A stretch of DNA of 62,726 nucleotides, counting the filler. It is 7 parts of 7 records of this genome, joined end to end, with 100 filler letters (N's around TTAATTAATTAA, not from the genome) between each part and the next. Parts side by side here need not be neighbours in the genome. Positions count along the whole stretch, not along the records: positions 20,450 to 30,728 come from SRR31156797_54367; positions 30,829 to 37,011 come from SRR31156797_54418; positions 37,112 to 44,333 come from SRR31156797_54566; 4 more parts are not named here. One strand, written 5' to 3'. Within the stretch, counting starts at the first letter, position 1. Every line of letters begins with the position of its first letter. This document shows, one piece after another, positions 29,105-39,245 of this stretch. A program made the position numbers and the translations under genes. Below the pieces are notes generated by a model. It did no database searches. It saw only the letters and a list, made by a program, of their open reading frames with translations, and was not told the DNA's origin.

Positions 29105-30728
29105 TTACGCCTGATTTACCAGAGAGATTGCCCCAATGGATTCAATATTGATATCGCTGACCACCTCGGGTACCGAAAGGACAGCCAGATCGGGCATGGC
29201 CCGCTCGGTTGAGGATTTGACCAGTGGCCTGGCCGCTTCGCTGCTCAGTATGACAGGATAATAACCGGACTCCTGCATCACCCTGACCTGATTGGCCACG
29301 GCATTGATCCAGGCCCTCTGGAACTCGGGTTCCAGGGCGGCGATCTCCCCGCTGCCGGTTTCCATGCGGGCATCTATGATCTGCTGCTCGATGGACGGAT
29401 CAATGGTAAGAACTTTCAGTTGCTTACCCTCTGTAGCATACTGCAAACATATCTGTCTTCCAAGTGTTTGCCGAACTTTTTCCGTCAGGAAGCCGATATC
29501 CTTCGTAACGCCGCCGTAATCGCTCATGGCCTCGAGAATCATAACCAGATTTCGAATGGAAACCTGTTCCTTCAAAAGGTTCTGCAGGATCTTCTGAACC
29601 TCGCCGGTGCTGAATGTCTTGGTCACCTCATCCACAACGGCGGGATAGTCCGCCCTGAGGGCGTCCAGCATAGCCTGGACCTCCTGGCGGCCCAGGATCT
29701 CGGGAGAGTGGCGCTTGATGATTTCCGTGAGATGGGTGGCGATGATGGAGGGGGGATCCACAACGGTGTAACCGTCCCTCTCGGCCCGGTCCCTCTGGTC
29801 TCCGCCGATCCAGACGGCGGGAAGGCCGAAGGCGGGATCCACAGTGCTTTCCCCCTCCAGGGGCTCCCTTTCCCCGCCGGGATTGATGGCCATGTAACGG
29901 TCTACCCGGATCACGCCGGTGCCCACGTCCGTTCCCTTGATCTTGAGGCAGTACTCCGAGGGTTCGAGCCTCATGTTGTCGATGATGCGGATACGGGGGA
30001 CGACAAGGCCCAGATCCAGAGCGGCCTCCTTCCGGATCCTGGTGATGCGCTCAAGCAGCTCTGCCCCCTGATCCTTGTCCACCAGGGGGATGAGCCCGTA
30101 CCCCAGTTCCAGAGAGAGGGGATCGAAGGGCACCACCGGAGAGATCTCCGTGGGCTCTGCGCTCTCCTTTTTCTGCTCGGCCTCCATGGCCTGCTCCGCC
30201 TCCTCCTGCTCTTTTTTCGTAAGACGCCAGGCGGTGAAGCCGGAGAGGAATCCCAGGGGAAGGAGAAGGTACCAGGGGAATCCGGGAAGCACGCCCAGAA
30301 GGATGAGGAAACCCGCGGCGATGCCGTAGACTCTGGCCTGGGCGGTGAACTGGGAGGAGACCTCCTCGCCGAAGGTGCCGTCGGAAATGGAACGGGTCAC
30401 CACCAGACCGGTGGAGACAGAGATCAACAGGGCGGGCAGCTGTGAGACCAGACCGTCTCCTATGGTCAGGGAGGTATAGGTGGCCAGGGCGGCGCCAAAG
30501 GATTCGTTGTGGATGGAAACCCCTACGATCAGCCCCCCGATGATGTTGACCAGGGTGATGACGATGCCCACCTTGACGTTTCCGGAGACGAACTTCGAGG
30601 CTCCGTCCATGGCCCCGTAAAAGTCCACCGACTTCTGAAGATGGTCCTTCCTCCTCCGGGATTCCTCCTCCGAGATGGCACCCGAGTTCAGCTCGGCCTC
30701 GATGGCCATCTGCTTACCGGGCATGGCG
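29105..30728 (-). CDS. flhA: Flagellar export protein FlhA, 5'-truncated
   Basis: MPGKQMAI, FYGAMDGASKFV, TIGDGLVSQLPAL, LELGYGLIPLVD. Confidence 0.96.
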
Positions 30729-30828
30729 NNNNNNNNNNNNNNNNNNNNNNNNNNNNNNNNNNNNNNNNNNNNTTAATTAATTAANNNNNNNNNNNNNNNN
30801 NNNNNNNNNNNNNNNNNNNNNNNNNNNN
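30729..30828. other. Artificial contig linker
   Basis: N44-TTAATTAATTAA-N44. Confidence 0.99.
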
Positions 30829-30967
30829 AGGGGGAATTAATTTCATCCCCATTCCTTACCATTTTCGATGAGATCCTTCACTCCAGATCAAATACGATTT
30901 GTCCTGATCGTCTGTATTGTCGTTCTAAGTCTGACAGCCTGGCGCTATTGGTGTCAGTAGCCTAGAA

Positions 30968-31693
30968 CTATTTATCCATCACCTCTTGTATCTCTTTGGC
31001 AATGGCCCGCGCCATGGCCTGAGGATCCGCAGCATCGCGGATGGGCCTTCCGATAACAAGATAATCGGAGCCAAGATTGACCGCCATCGCCGGTGTGACA
31101 ACCCTCGATTGATCATCCGCGGCCACCTGTCCACCAAGCGGCCGGATGCCTGGTGTCACGGCCCGGAAATCACCGCCGAATTCGGCCTTGATCCCTTCCA
31201 CCTCCTGACCGGAGCAAACGATGCCGCTGCATCCGGCCTCTTTGGCCATGGATGCTTTTTTCAAAACAAGCTGGCGGAGATCGGCAGCATAGACCTCTTT
31301 GTATCCCGCGCCGGAAATATCCATCGGGGAGATGCTGGTTAGAACGGTCACCCCCAAAACATGCACCTTGCCAGCAGCCCCCTCCACCGCAGCTTCGAGC
31401 ATGGATCGGCTTTCTCCGCAATGAACAGTCGCAAAATGGACGCCCAGTCCGCCGACCTGTGCCATGGCCCTTTTCACGGTAATTGGAATATCGTGAAGCT
31501 TCAGATCCAAAAACACTTTTGCCGATCCGGCGCTCTGTACCCATCTCACCAGTTCGGGGCCGGATCGGATGAACAATTCCAGGCCGATTTTAAACATGCC
31601 GACATCGTTGGCAAGAAGGCTGACCAGATTTCGTGCCTCCTCCGGCGTCGGTACGTCCAGTGGGAATACGATGTAATCTTTTGCTTTTTTCAT
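30968..31693 (-). CDS. pyrF: Orotidine-5'-phosphate decarboxylase
   Basis: FLDLKLHDIP, GVTVLTS, VTPGIRP, DDQSRV, VIGRPI. Start ATG 31693. Confidence 0.96.
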   Translation of the reverse strand: MKKAKDYIVFPLDVPTPEEARNLVSLLANDVGMFKIGLELFIRSGPELVRWVQSAGSAKVFLDLKLHDIPITVKRAMAQVGGLGVHFATVHCGESRSMLEAAVEGAAGKVHVLGVTVLTSISPMDISGAGYKEVYAADLRQLVLKKASMAKEAGCSGIVCSGQEVEGIKAEFGGDFRAVTPGIRPLGGQVAADDQSRVVTPAMAVNLGSDYLVIGRPIRDAADPQAMARAIAKEIQEVMDK

Positions 31694-31816
31694 GCTCAAT
31701 TCCCTCAAACATAGGTTCATATCTTTTCTCGAATTGCTATTATCACTATTCCGTTTAATTGTTGACAACAATTAAAAAAAAGCAAAAGTTTCCTCGAAAT
31801 GGTTGGCAATTGAGCG

Positions 31817-31860
31817 TTGACAATCCAAAAAGCCATTCGCACTATCTAGTCTGTCTAGAT
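31817..31860 (+). promoter_or_regulatory. Toxin-antitoxin operon promoter with overlapping palindromic operator
   Basis: TTGACA (31817-31822)-N17-CACTAT (31840-31845). ATCTAG-TCTGT-CTAGAT (31844-31860) covers the -10/+1 region. Confidence 0.7.
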
Positions 31861-31882
31861 CAAATCACCAGGAGGGAAACCG

Positions 31883-32131
31883 ATGGAAAAATGGCAGCTA
31901 CAAGAGGCAAAAAATCGATTCAGCGAGGTGGTTAAGCGAACACTCAGCGAGGGCCCACAAATGGTTACCCGCCATGGAATTGATTCGGTTGTTATCCTAT
32001 CGGCAGAGGACTATAAAAGGCTTGTTCATCCCAAAACGGACATCGTTACTTTCTTCAAAAAATCACCCCTATACAACGTAGAATTGTATCTTTCTCGAAA
32101 TAAGGGTCGTCCCAGGGAGGTGATGTTATGA
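31883..32131 (+). CDS. Phd/YefM-family antitoxin
   Basis: WQLQEAKNRFSEVV...GPQMVTRHG. Confidence 0.92.
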   Translation: MEKWQLQEAKNRFSEVVKRTLSEGPQMVTRHGIDSVVILSAEDYKRLVHPKTDIVTFFKKSPLYNVELYLSRNKGRPREVML

Positions 32132-32568
32132 AGTACCTGCTTGACACCTGCGTCATATCCGAGATGGCTAAACCCAAGCCAAATGTAAAGGTAATTGACT
32201 GGATTACCAATAAAAACGAAAATCAGCTATTTCTGTCTGTGATCACCTTTGGAGAAATTCAAAAAGATGTTGCGAAGCTTAAAGCGTCAAAGAAAAAAAG
32301 AGTGCTCACGATATGGCTGGAAACGGATTTATTCGACAGATTTAGTGGCCGAATCGTTCCGATAGATGTCCAGGTTGCCCTTACCTGGGGTTCAATTCAA
32401 GCAACGGCTGAAAAACAAGGAAACGTCATCCCATCCATCGACGGGCTCATCGCCGCAACCGGTCTTGCACATCAAATGACGGTGGTAACACGAAATGATT
32501 CGGATATGGAGCTCAGCGGTGTTTTACTTTTCAACCCATGGCTGAACCATGATATAGAGGGAAATTAA
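32128..32568 (+). CDS. vapC: VapC (PIN domain) toxin
   Basis: YLLDTCVISE, SVITFGE, DGLIAAT, VVTRN..D. ATGA overlap with the antitoxin. Confidence 0.92.
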   Translation: MKYLLDTCVISEMAKPKPNVKVIDWITNKNENQLFLSVITFGEIQKDVAKLKASKKKRVLTIWLETDLFDRFSGRIVPIDVQVALTWGSIQATAEKQGNVIPSIDGLIAATGLAHQMTVVTRNDSDMELSGVLLFNPWLNHDIEGN

Positions 32569-32584
32569 TGATTAGGAGTTGCTG

Positions 32585-32809
32585 ATGACAGATGTACTCA
32601 TGAAAATCCCATACCCGGCACTGATCGTCGTTACGATACTCATGCTGCTGGCCCCGTTTAAACCCATGCCTCACGTGGTGGAAAAACTGATCATGCTGAA
32701 ATCTGGGACGCTGACCCGCCCCATGGACATTTTCGATCTCTTTTATCACCTGGTTCCGTTGTTCGTCCTTGTGGCAAAAATCATTGTACACGGACGCAAC
32801 CATGGATAA
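32585..32809 (+). CDS. Small two-TM conserved membrane protein
   Basis: LAPFKPMPHVVEKL.ML..G.L.RP.DIFDL..H pattern. AGGAG RBS. Confidence 0.7.
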   Translation: MTDVLMKIPYPALIVVTILMLLAPFKPMPHVVEKLIMLKSGTLTRPMDIFDLFYHLVPLFVLVAKIIVHGRNHG

Positions 32810-33545
32810 TATCAGCATCGTTCTCGTTGAGCCCCAGGGGCCGCTTAATGTGGGATCCGTGTGCCGTTCCATGATGAATTTCGGATTTTCCGATCTGCGC
32901 CTGGTGAACCCCTGCGCTGACTATCAATCCTTGCAGGCACGCAAGATGGCTCTCAAGGCTGAATCTATTTTGAGCCAGGCCACGGTCTATTCAAACCTGG
33001 AAAAAGCGCTCTCCGATTGTCATCTCTCCTTCGGCACCACACGCAGATTCGGAAAATACAGGGAGACTTTTTTAAACCCGGAAACCGCGGCCAAACGCAC
33101 CTGTTCCCTTGCGAAAACCCTGCGTGCCGCATTTGTTTTCGGCCGGGAGGATCGGGGTCTTCACACCAGCGAACTGGACCTTTGTCAGCATTTCGTTACC
33201 TACCCGACGCACGGGGCCTACCCCTCCATGAACCTCTCCCAAGCGGTGACCCTGATGCTTTATGAAGTGCGCAAAGCGTCGCTGGAAAAGAGTTCGGGGG
33301 AAGAAGCCCAGGTTCCGGCAGCCAGCACCGCCGATGTGGAAAACATGTTCCAGCACATGCGACGGACCCTGGTGGACGTCGAATACCTGGACCACCAAAA
33401 CCCGGACCATATCCTGCGGTCGTTTCGCCGCCTGTTTGGCCGAACGCAGCTCGATGAAAGGGAGGTGCGCATCCTTCAAGGTCTGTGGAGTAAAATTGAC
33501 TGGATCGAGGGGGAACGGAAAAAACTGTTAGAAAAGACCGAATAG
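32802..33545 (+). CDS. trmJ: TrmJ/LasT-family SPOUT RNA methyltransferase
   Basis: IVLVEPQGPLNVGSVCRSMMNFG, VFGREDRGL, SMNLSQAV, EVRILQG. Confidence 0.88.
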   Translation: MDNISIVLVEPQGPLNVGSVCRSMMNFGFSDLRLVNPCADYQSLQARKMALKAESILSQATVYSNLEKALSDCHLSFGTTRRFGKYRETFLNPETAAKRTCSLAKTLRAAFVFGREDRGLHTSELDLCQHFVTYPTHGAYPSMNLSQAVTLMLYEVRKASLEKSSGEEAQVPAASTADVENMFQHMRRTLVDVEYLDHQNPDHILRSFRRLFGRTQLDEREVRILQGLWSKIDWIEGERKKLLEKTE

Positions 33546-33564
33546 CAGGGTTGTTGCAACGCGT

Positions 33565-33756
33565 TTAAATGGTCTTGAACCCGATAACGACGACGCCGAT
33601 AACAACGCTGATGATGAAAAAAAAGCTTTCATTGTTGCGCAGCGCATCTTTCAAGGTGCCGCCCGTTCTTTTTACCTCCGAGTAAGCGGATAAAAAAGCC
33701 AGGCCCATGATCAGCCAAAAAATGAGTACCGTCAATATCAGCGTTTGTGTATTCAT
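33565..33756 (-). CDS. Small two-TM hypothetical protein
   Basis: 63 aa, two hydrophobic helices, GGAG RBS, fills the intergenic space. Confidence 0.55.
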   Translation of the reverse strand: MNTQTLILTVLIFWLIMGLAFLSAYSEVKRTGGTLKDALRNNESFFFIISVVIGVVVIGFKTI

Positions 33757-33847
33757 CTCGTCTATCTCCGGGTAAGGTGCATTGAAAACGCCACCACTTT
33801 AATTCCAAACCCGTTACATTGTCAAAGCAAATCATAGAGGAGTTCCC

Positions 33848-34168
33848 ATGTCCAAGCTGACACCTGCGAATATGAACCTTTTTGCACGCATCCTCAAAGA
33901 CATTCGTCTGTTGTTCATGCTGGTCGGCGATTTTGCAAAAGGACGCTATCGCAATATTTCTCCCCTCTCCGGCGTCATTTTTTTTCTCGCCCTGGTCTAC
34001 GTGCTTCTCCCCATTGACCTGATCAACGACTTCATCCCCGGTCTGGGCCAGTTGGATGACATGGCTTTTTTCCTGGCCTGCCTCTATTTTTTGGAAAAGG
34101 ACCTGTACCGCTATCAGGACTGGAAAGAGGGAGGCCGGTCTGACCGGAAGAACCGGCCCGTGGATTGA
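33848..34168 (+). CDS. DUF1232 (YkvA) membrane protein
   Basis: ALVYVLLPIDLINDFIPGLGQLDD. Confidence 0.9.
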   Translation: MSKLTPANMNLFARILKDIRLLFMLVGDFAKGRYRNISPLSGVIFFLALVYVLLPIDLINDFIPGLGQLDDMAFFLACLYFLEKDLYRYQDWKEGGRSDRKNRPVD

Positions 34169-34195
34169 TGGTAACCCCTTACCCGTCCGCCCCAC

Positions 34196-34478
34196 CGGAA
34201 TCTGTTCAATCAGCGAGCCGAGCCAAGGTACGACGTTTGAGGTTTACCTCCCCCGGCAATTGTCCGCAGCGGCCGAGAGGGTGAAGGTGGAGGTTGAGGC
34301 GGCGCAGCCAGCCACGCGTGGCCAAGAAACAATTCTCTTGGTGGAAGATGAGCCAATGATCCTTGATATCTCCGTTTTGAACGAAGGCGTGAATTTCATC
34401 CAAAAACCATTCTCGGCGGAAAGCCTTGGCGCCAAGGTGAGAGAAGCGCTTGATGATACGAAACAGAGAGGTCCATGA
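34196..34478 (+). pseudogene. Remnant of a hybrid histidine kinase (HATPase end plus internally deleted receiver)
   Basis: SEPSQGTTFEVYLP ... ETILLVEDEPMILDI is joined directly to GVNFIQKPFSAESLGAKVREALD. The phospho-Asp segment is absent and there is no 5' part. Confidence 0.8.
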
Positions 34479-34526
34479 TTGCAGGCAACCGGCATTGACC
34501 TTGCTATGTAGATGAAACGCCAATTT

Positions 34527-35519
34527 TTACTCTTGCGTCAGCTTTTCAATGGCTTCGACCGCTGCAGCCCGCACCTCTTCATCCTCGGCCTCTTGAAGCA
34601 CCTCATGTAAAAAGGAGACGACAGCGCCATTGCCGGACTCGCCCAGTACGTGCAGCAAATCACCTTTGGTCATATCATCGACATCGGTGAAAAGCGCAAT
34701 CACCGGATCTACGATCCGGCCTGCCAGATGAGGATCCATTTCCATAAGGGTTTCGAAGACAACCATCGCACCCAACCGGACAGACCACCTCGGGTGGGCC
34801 AACAACGCCAAAAAACCTGAAAAAATTTTACCGCGCTGCTGCATCATAACGGCAACGCCCTCAGCATCCCCTTCCTCGATCATTCCCCTCAAGGCTTCTG
34901 CTCCGAGGTTTGCAGGATCCCGATCCAGCATCATCGAGACCAGTTCGTCTGCATCGATTGAACCCGTCCAACGGAACTGATCGTCGAGTATTACTGTGGG
35001 TGCGGCGGTAACGCGATCCTTTTGCGCGGCATCGGCAAACAACTCTCCGTCAATAACCGTCAGACGGATCTGGTCGCTGTTGGCAGACAACCCCAGTAAC
35101 ATTGAAACGGTAGCCGGGCAAAATGGACAATGGGGAGTAATGTAGACCTTTACCAGTGCAGGCAGCTGAAGTTGCGTCAATTTATGGCACACGCCGGCCG
35201 GGATCTGCTCCGCAAAACGATCGGGTTGTTTCAAATATTGTAGAAAGGGCGGCAATTCCCTGTCCGCAGGCAGCGCCTGGTAAGCGATACGGTTATTGAC
35301 GAAAAGGGTGGGCCGTTCGACCACGGCATCCCCGTCTTTTTTTTTCCGGACATCCGGCGCCAATTCGGAGAACCGATCTATGTATGCATTGAATCCACCA
35401 TCCGCCGAATGGCCCGTTGTTGCATACCGAAGGATAACCTCTTCGTCGAGGGCCCTTGCCCATTGTTCGATCTCTCTTTTTTCCTCGTCTGCAAATTCAA
35501 ACATTTCGCTCATTCTCAA
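34527..35519 (-). CDS. Thioredoxin-fold (AhpF-N-like, CPFC) protein with C-terminal HEAT repeats
   Basis: VYITPHCPFCP, cis-Pro AAPT, WSVRLGAMV, EEVRAAAVEAI. Start TTG 35519 or ATG 35513. Confidence 0.8.
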   Translation of the reverse strand: MRMSEMFEFADEEKREIEQWARALDEEVILRYATTGHSADGGFNAYIDRFSELAPDVRKKKDGDAVVERPTLFVNNRIAYQALPADRELPPFLQYLKQPDRFAEQIPAGVCHKLTQLQLPALVKVYITPHCPFCPATVSMLLGLSANSDQIRLTVIDGELFADAAQKDRVTAAPTVILDDQFRWTGSIDADELVSMMLDRDPANLGAEALRGMIEEGDAEGVAVMMQQRGKIFSGFLALLAHPRWSVRLGAMVVFETLMEMDPHLAGRIVDPVIALFTDVDDMTKGDLLHVLGESGNGAVVSFLHEVLQEAEDEEVRAAAVEAIEKLTQE

Positions 35520-35974
35520 TTCTCCATGGAGGCTCCAAACTGATATTTCTCAAAAAGCAGGAGGCGTGTCGCCGGGTTAACCTGCAGTTTTGACAACTCC
35601 TTTTCGTTTACCCACCGGGCATCGTCGGCATCATCGGCGGCGATGGGCTCCCCACGAATGTACTTCGCTTCCAGGTCCACGATCACATAATGAAACACCA
35701 CCTCCCCTTGATGATCCCGTTCAATGGCATCGAAAACATGGACTGGCGATTTGGCCTCGATCACAATGCCCGTCTCCTCCATGATTTCGCGCTCGGCCGC
35801 TTCGCCAAGGGTTTCTCCCAAACGAACGCTTCCGCCGGGAATCGCCCAGGTTCCCTCAGAAGGGGGATTTCCCCGTTTGACCAACAAAACGGAATCCCTT
35901 TTGAAAACAATGGCACCGACGGCGGACACGGGGGATTGCGGATAATGCCTCAAAGTTTCTTTTTTTATTTTCAT
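35516..35974 (-). CDS. NUDIX hydrolase
   Basis: Nudix box GGSVRLGETLGEAAEREIMEETG. Confidence 0.92.
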   Translation of the reverse strand: MKIKKETLRHYPQSPVSAVGAIVFKRDSVLLVKRGNPPSEGTWAIPGGSVRLGETLGEAAEREIMEETGIVIEAKSPVHVFDAIERDHQGEVVFHYVIVDLEAKYIRGEPIAADDADDARWVNEKELSKLQVNPATRLLLFEKYQFGASMEN

Positions 35975-36143
35975 CGATTCAGTTGATATCACTTACAGAA
36001 GGCTGCATCAAGGGTACAAAGGCGAGTAGCCCCTCCGGTTTCCTTGATTGGCAGATCCACCCGGATTATTGACCCCTCAGAAAAATTCTGATAGCAACGG
36101 CCTCGAAAGACTGAAAGCTCAACGACAAAAAGGCCATGGAAGT

Positions 36144-37011
36144 ATGGAATTACTGCTGGAAGAAAAGCATCGCTCAATTCGCAAATCGGTTCGTCGTTTC
36201 TGCGACCGGGAACTTCGTCCCCTCGCCTCGCAGATAGATCAAGAGGCCCGTTTCCCCTGGGAAGTCGTCGAAAAAATGGGTGGTTTGGGCTATTTCGGAA
36301 TTCAGGTGCCCAAAGACTTGGGAGGCGCAGGGCTGGATTCACTGAGCTACGCCATCGTCATCGAAGAGATTTCCCGCGTCAGCGCCGCTGTGGGCTTATG
36401 TGTCACCGTTCACAACAGTGTTGCCGTCTACCCGATTTTGGCTTTCGGAAGCCGGGAGCAAATTGATCGATGGGTCCCCCCCCTCGCCAAAGGTGAAAAA
36501 ATCGGAGCATTCTGCCTCACTGAACCCAATGCCGGTTCCGACGCCGGCGGCATAGAGGCAACAGCCATAGCCGATGGTGACGACTATATCGTTAACGCCA
36601 ACAAGGTTTTCGTAACCAACGGTGGCATTGCGGATACCTGCCTTATTTTTTGCCGAACCGATCCTTCCGCGGGTCGGCGCGGCATCAGCGTGGTGGTGGC
36701 CGAAAGAGGTGCGGACGGGTTTGTTGTGGGCGATCTGGAAGATTTGTGTGGCATGCGGGCCAATCCTGTCTGCTCCATCCGCCTGTACGACTGCCGGATC
36801 CCCAACGTCAATCTACTGGCAAAAGAGGGCATGGGGTTAAAAATCGGCCTGGCAGCTCTGGACACAGGTCGAATGGGGATTGCCGCCCAGGCCGTGGGGA
36901 TTGGCCAGGCAGCTCTGGAAGAGGCCACCGTGTACGCAAAACAGCGTCACCAGTTCGGTGTTCCCATTGAAAAACATCAGTCGATTCAGATGATGATCGC
37001 CGATATGGCCA
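36144..37011 (+). CDS. Acyl-CoA dehydrogenase (short-chain/butyryl-CoA type), 3'-truncated
   Basis: GAFCLTEPNAGSDA, KVFVTNG, GRMGIAAQAVG, RHQFG. Confidence 0.93.
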
Positions 37012-37111
37012 NNNNNNNNNNNNNNNNNNNNNNNNNNNNNNNNNNNNNNNNNNNNTTAATTAATTAANNNNNNNNNNNNNNNNNNNNNNNNNNNNNNNNN
37101 NNNNNNNNNNN
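37012..37111. other. Artificial contig linker
   Basis: N44-TTAATTAATTAA-N44. Confidence 0.99.
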
Positions 37112-37170
37112 ATATGGCCTTCCAAAGTTACGACTCACGAGTAAAACATGAAATAAGAAACTAAGATATA

Positions 37171-38460
37171 TTATCCGGAACAGTCCTTCCATGACACAAT
37201 GGCTTGGTGTCCGCCGGGTACGACCTGGTTTTTGTAGGACAGACCTAATTTTCGGCAGATCTGTGTCACCAGCATCAGGCCCAGGCCGAATCCGTAATTG
37301 CTGTCATTACTTCCCAAGCTTTCTCCGGTCTGATTGGTTATGGTGAGGTCTGTCCGGGTGATCCTTATTTGAATTTTTCCCTGATCCGTGTACTGGAAGG
37401 CGTTTCGAATGAGGTTGCCCATAGCAATTTTACAAGCTGTCACAGGTATGATCAGACTGGCGGGTCGGGTGTCCAGCGTCAGTTCCACATCTTTTCCCTT
37501 CAAAAGATAGTTGTTCTCACGGATAAGGCCGGTGACCAGATCCAGTATGTCTACGGGTTCCGGATCGGGCATTTTGTTTTCTTTTCTGCTGAGCCACAAA
37601 AGGGTTTCTGTTAGCTGGTGCATGCTGTCTCCGGCTCGCCGGATTCTTTCGTAAACGATTTTTTCCCGTTCATCGGGATCGGGCTTTATTCGTTCCAGAA
37701 GGTCCATGTTCGAACGGAGCACGGCTATCGGAGTTCTCAGTTCATGGCTGGCATGTCTCAGGAACCGATGTTCCCGCCTCAGTACTTCTTGAAGATCAAA
37801 AACTGCATTATGGATCAAATCGGCCAGAACATGGATTTCTCTGAACTTAAATTCCGGCCTGGGCTTTTGCAGATTTTCACTGTCCAGGTTTGCTGCCCAT
37901 AAAAACAGATCTTCCAGTGAAACAGATACGTTGCGAAACAAATACCGGACACCGGCCATGAGTAGAAGGATGAACAAAATTCCTGTTCCCAGAATCAAGA
38001 TTTCCAGGTTCTCCGAAAAAACAAAGGTTTCGGGAATGTCGTCTTTTTCCGTATAGGTTTGGATCAGATAAAGACGATTCCCGTCATGGAGCTGTGTGGG
38101 AAATATAATGTGAAATGCCCAGTGGTTCTCTTCCCATTCCCCCATAGTCGGCTCGTCGGTTAATATTTTTCCGATTTTCAGATCAGGCGGAGAATATTCT
38201 CTTTTCAGCCAGCCGGGCAGGTTTTTTTCTCCAATATAGGCCTTAAGCCTTGGGTATTGAGGCAATGGGGCATGTATATTTTTTTCGTATTCAAGAGCAA
38301 AATCCCTTGAAATCAATTTAAAATCAAATGTAGCAGCTTCTTCTATCCCTTTGAACAGAGAAAACTCCAACAGGATGCTGTAGGCAGCGATCATGATAAA
38401 GGCAGCCATCCCCAGGCCCCAGGTAATATACCGTTTTAATTTACGGGGGTTTTTCATCAT
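37171..38460 (-). CDS. Two-TM sensor histidine kinase
   Basis: ASHELRTP H-box, NLIRNAFQY N-box, GFGLGL G2 box. The G1 box looks degenerate. Confidence 0.92.
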   Translation of the reverse strand: MMKNPRKLKRYITWGLGMAAFIMIAAYSILLEFSLFKGIEEAATFDFKLISRDFALEYEKNIHAPLPQYPRLKAYIGEKNLPGWLKREYSPPDLKIGKILTDEPTMGEWEENHWAFHIIFPTQLHDGNRLYLIQTYTEKDDIPETFVFSENLEILILGTGILFILLLMAGVRYLFRNVSVSLEDLFLWAANLDSENLQKPRPEFKFREIHVLADLIHNAVFDLQEVLRREHRFLRHASHELRTPIAVLRSNMDLLERIKPDPDEREKIVYERIRRAGDSMHQLTETLLWLSRKENKMPDPEPVDILDLVTGLIRENNYLLKGKDVELTLDTRPASLIIPVTACKIAMGNLIRNAFQYTDQGKIQIRITRTDLTITNQTGESLGSNDSNYGFGLGLMLVTQICRKLGLSYKNQVVPGGHQAIVSWKDCSG

Positions 38461-39122
38461 TCCTCCCTGAAGACATATCCCTGGCCTGTAATGGTATGGA
38501 AAACAATGGATTCCTGATTGACCTCTTTACGCAGTTTATGAAGATGGACCTTGAGGCTGTTGGTTTCCGGAAGTTCATCCCCCCAGACTGCCTGCATGAG
38601 TTTATTCCGGCTGACCACAGAGGGGAAGGCTCTGATCAAAGTTTCCAAGAGAGTCCATCCCGTTGGGGTCAGGTTTAGTTTCCGGGTACCCCGGAAAGCC
38701 TGTCTTGAATCCATGTTTATGGTCAAATCCAGTGCTTTGAGGATTTTTGCCTGGCCGCTTTTTCTTCTGGCCAGGGCCTTGATGCGGACAATAAGTTCGG
38801 CCATATCAAAGGGTTTTACCAGGTAATCATCGGTTCCGGAATTAAACCCGGCCACCTTGTCGTCAATGGTATCCCGGGCCGTCAGCATAAGAACCGGGGT
38901 ATCCTTACCGGCTTTTCTTAAAGCCTCACATACCTCAAGGCCGTTGAGTCTGGGGAGCATGATATCCAAAAGCAGCACATCGTAGTCGTTTTCCCGGGCC
39001 ATGTTCAAGCCTGCCTCCCCCGAGGCCGCATGATCGCAGGTCATACCTTCCAATTCAAGATATTGGACAACGGTTGCGGCCAGGTCAAAATTATCCTCGA
39101 CCAGGAGCAGAAAAAAGGACAT
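38457..39122 (-). CDS. OmpR/PhoB-family response regulator (ColR/PmrA-like)
   Basis: LLVEDN, LLDIMLP, MLTARD, DDYLVKPF, winged helix. Start ATG 39122. Confidence 0.94.
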   Translation of the reverse strand: MSFFLLLVEDNFDLAATVVQYLELEGMTCDHAASGEAGLNMARENDYDVLLLDIMLPRLNGLEVCEALRKAGKDTPVLMLTARDTIDDKVAGFNSGTDDYLVKPFDMAELIVRIKALARRKSGQAKILKALDLTINMDSRQAFRGTRKLNLTPTGWTLLETLIRAFPSVVSRNKLMQAVWGDELPETNSLKVHLHKLRKEVNQESIVFHTITGQGYVFREE

Positions 39123-39228
39123 TGGGAAACCTCCTAAAGTGCGTGTTTTTATGGATGGTGCCATAGTACAGGAAACCCCCCGGGAAATCCATGACAGGGC
39201 AGGTAAATCCACGGGGCACTGTAAAAAG

Positions 39229-39245
39229 CTTAACATAGAGTTAAT
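39229..39245. promoter_or_regulatory. Direct-repeat operator upstream of the response regulator
   Basis: CTTAAC-ATAGA-GTTAAT, 11-bp period, same motif as 40320-40370. Confidence 0.55.

Noticed and set aside
37003-37120. ATATGGCC on both sides of a linker, suggesting contig overlap
   Set aside because: Only 8 nt match, the next base differs, and the acyl-CoA dehydrogenase sequence does not continue.
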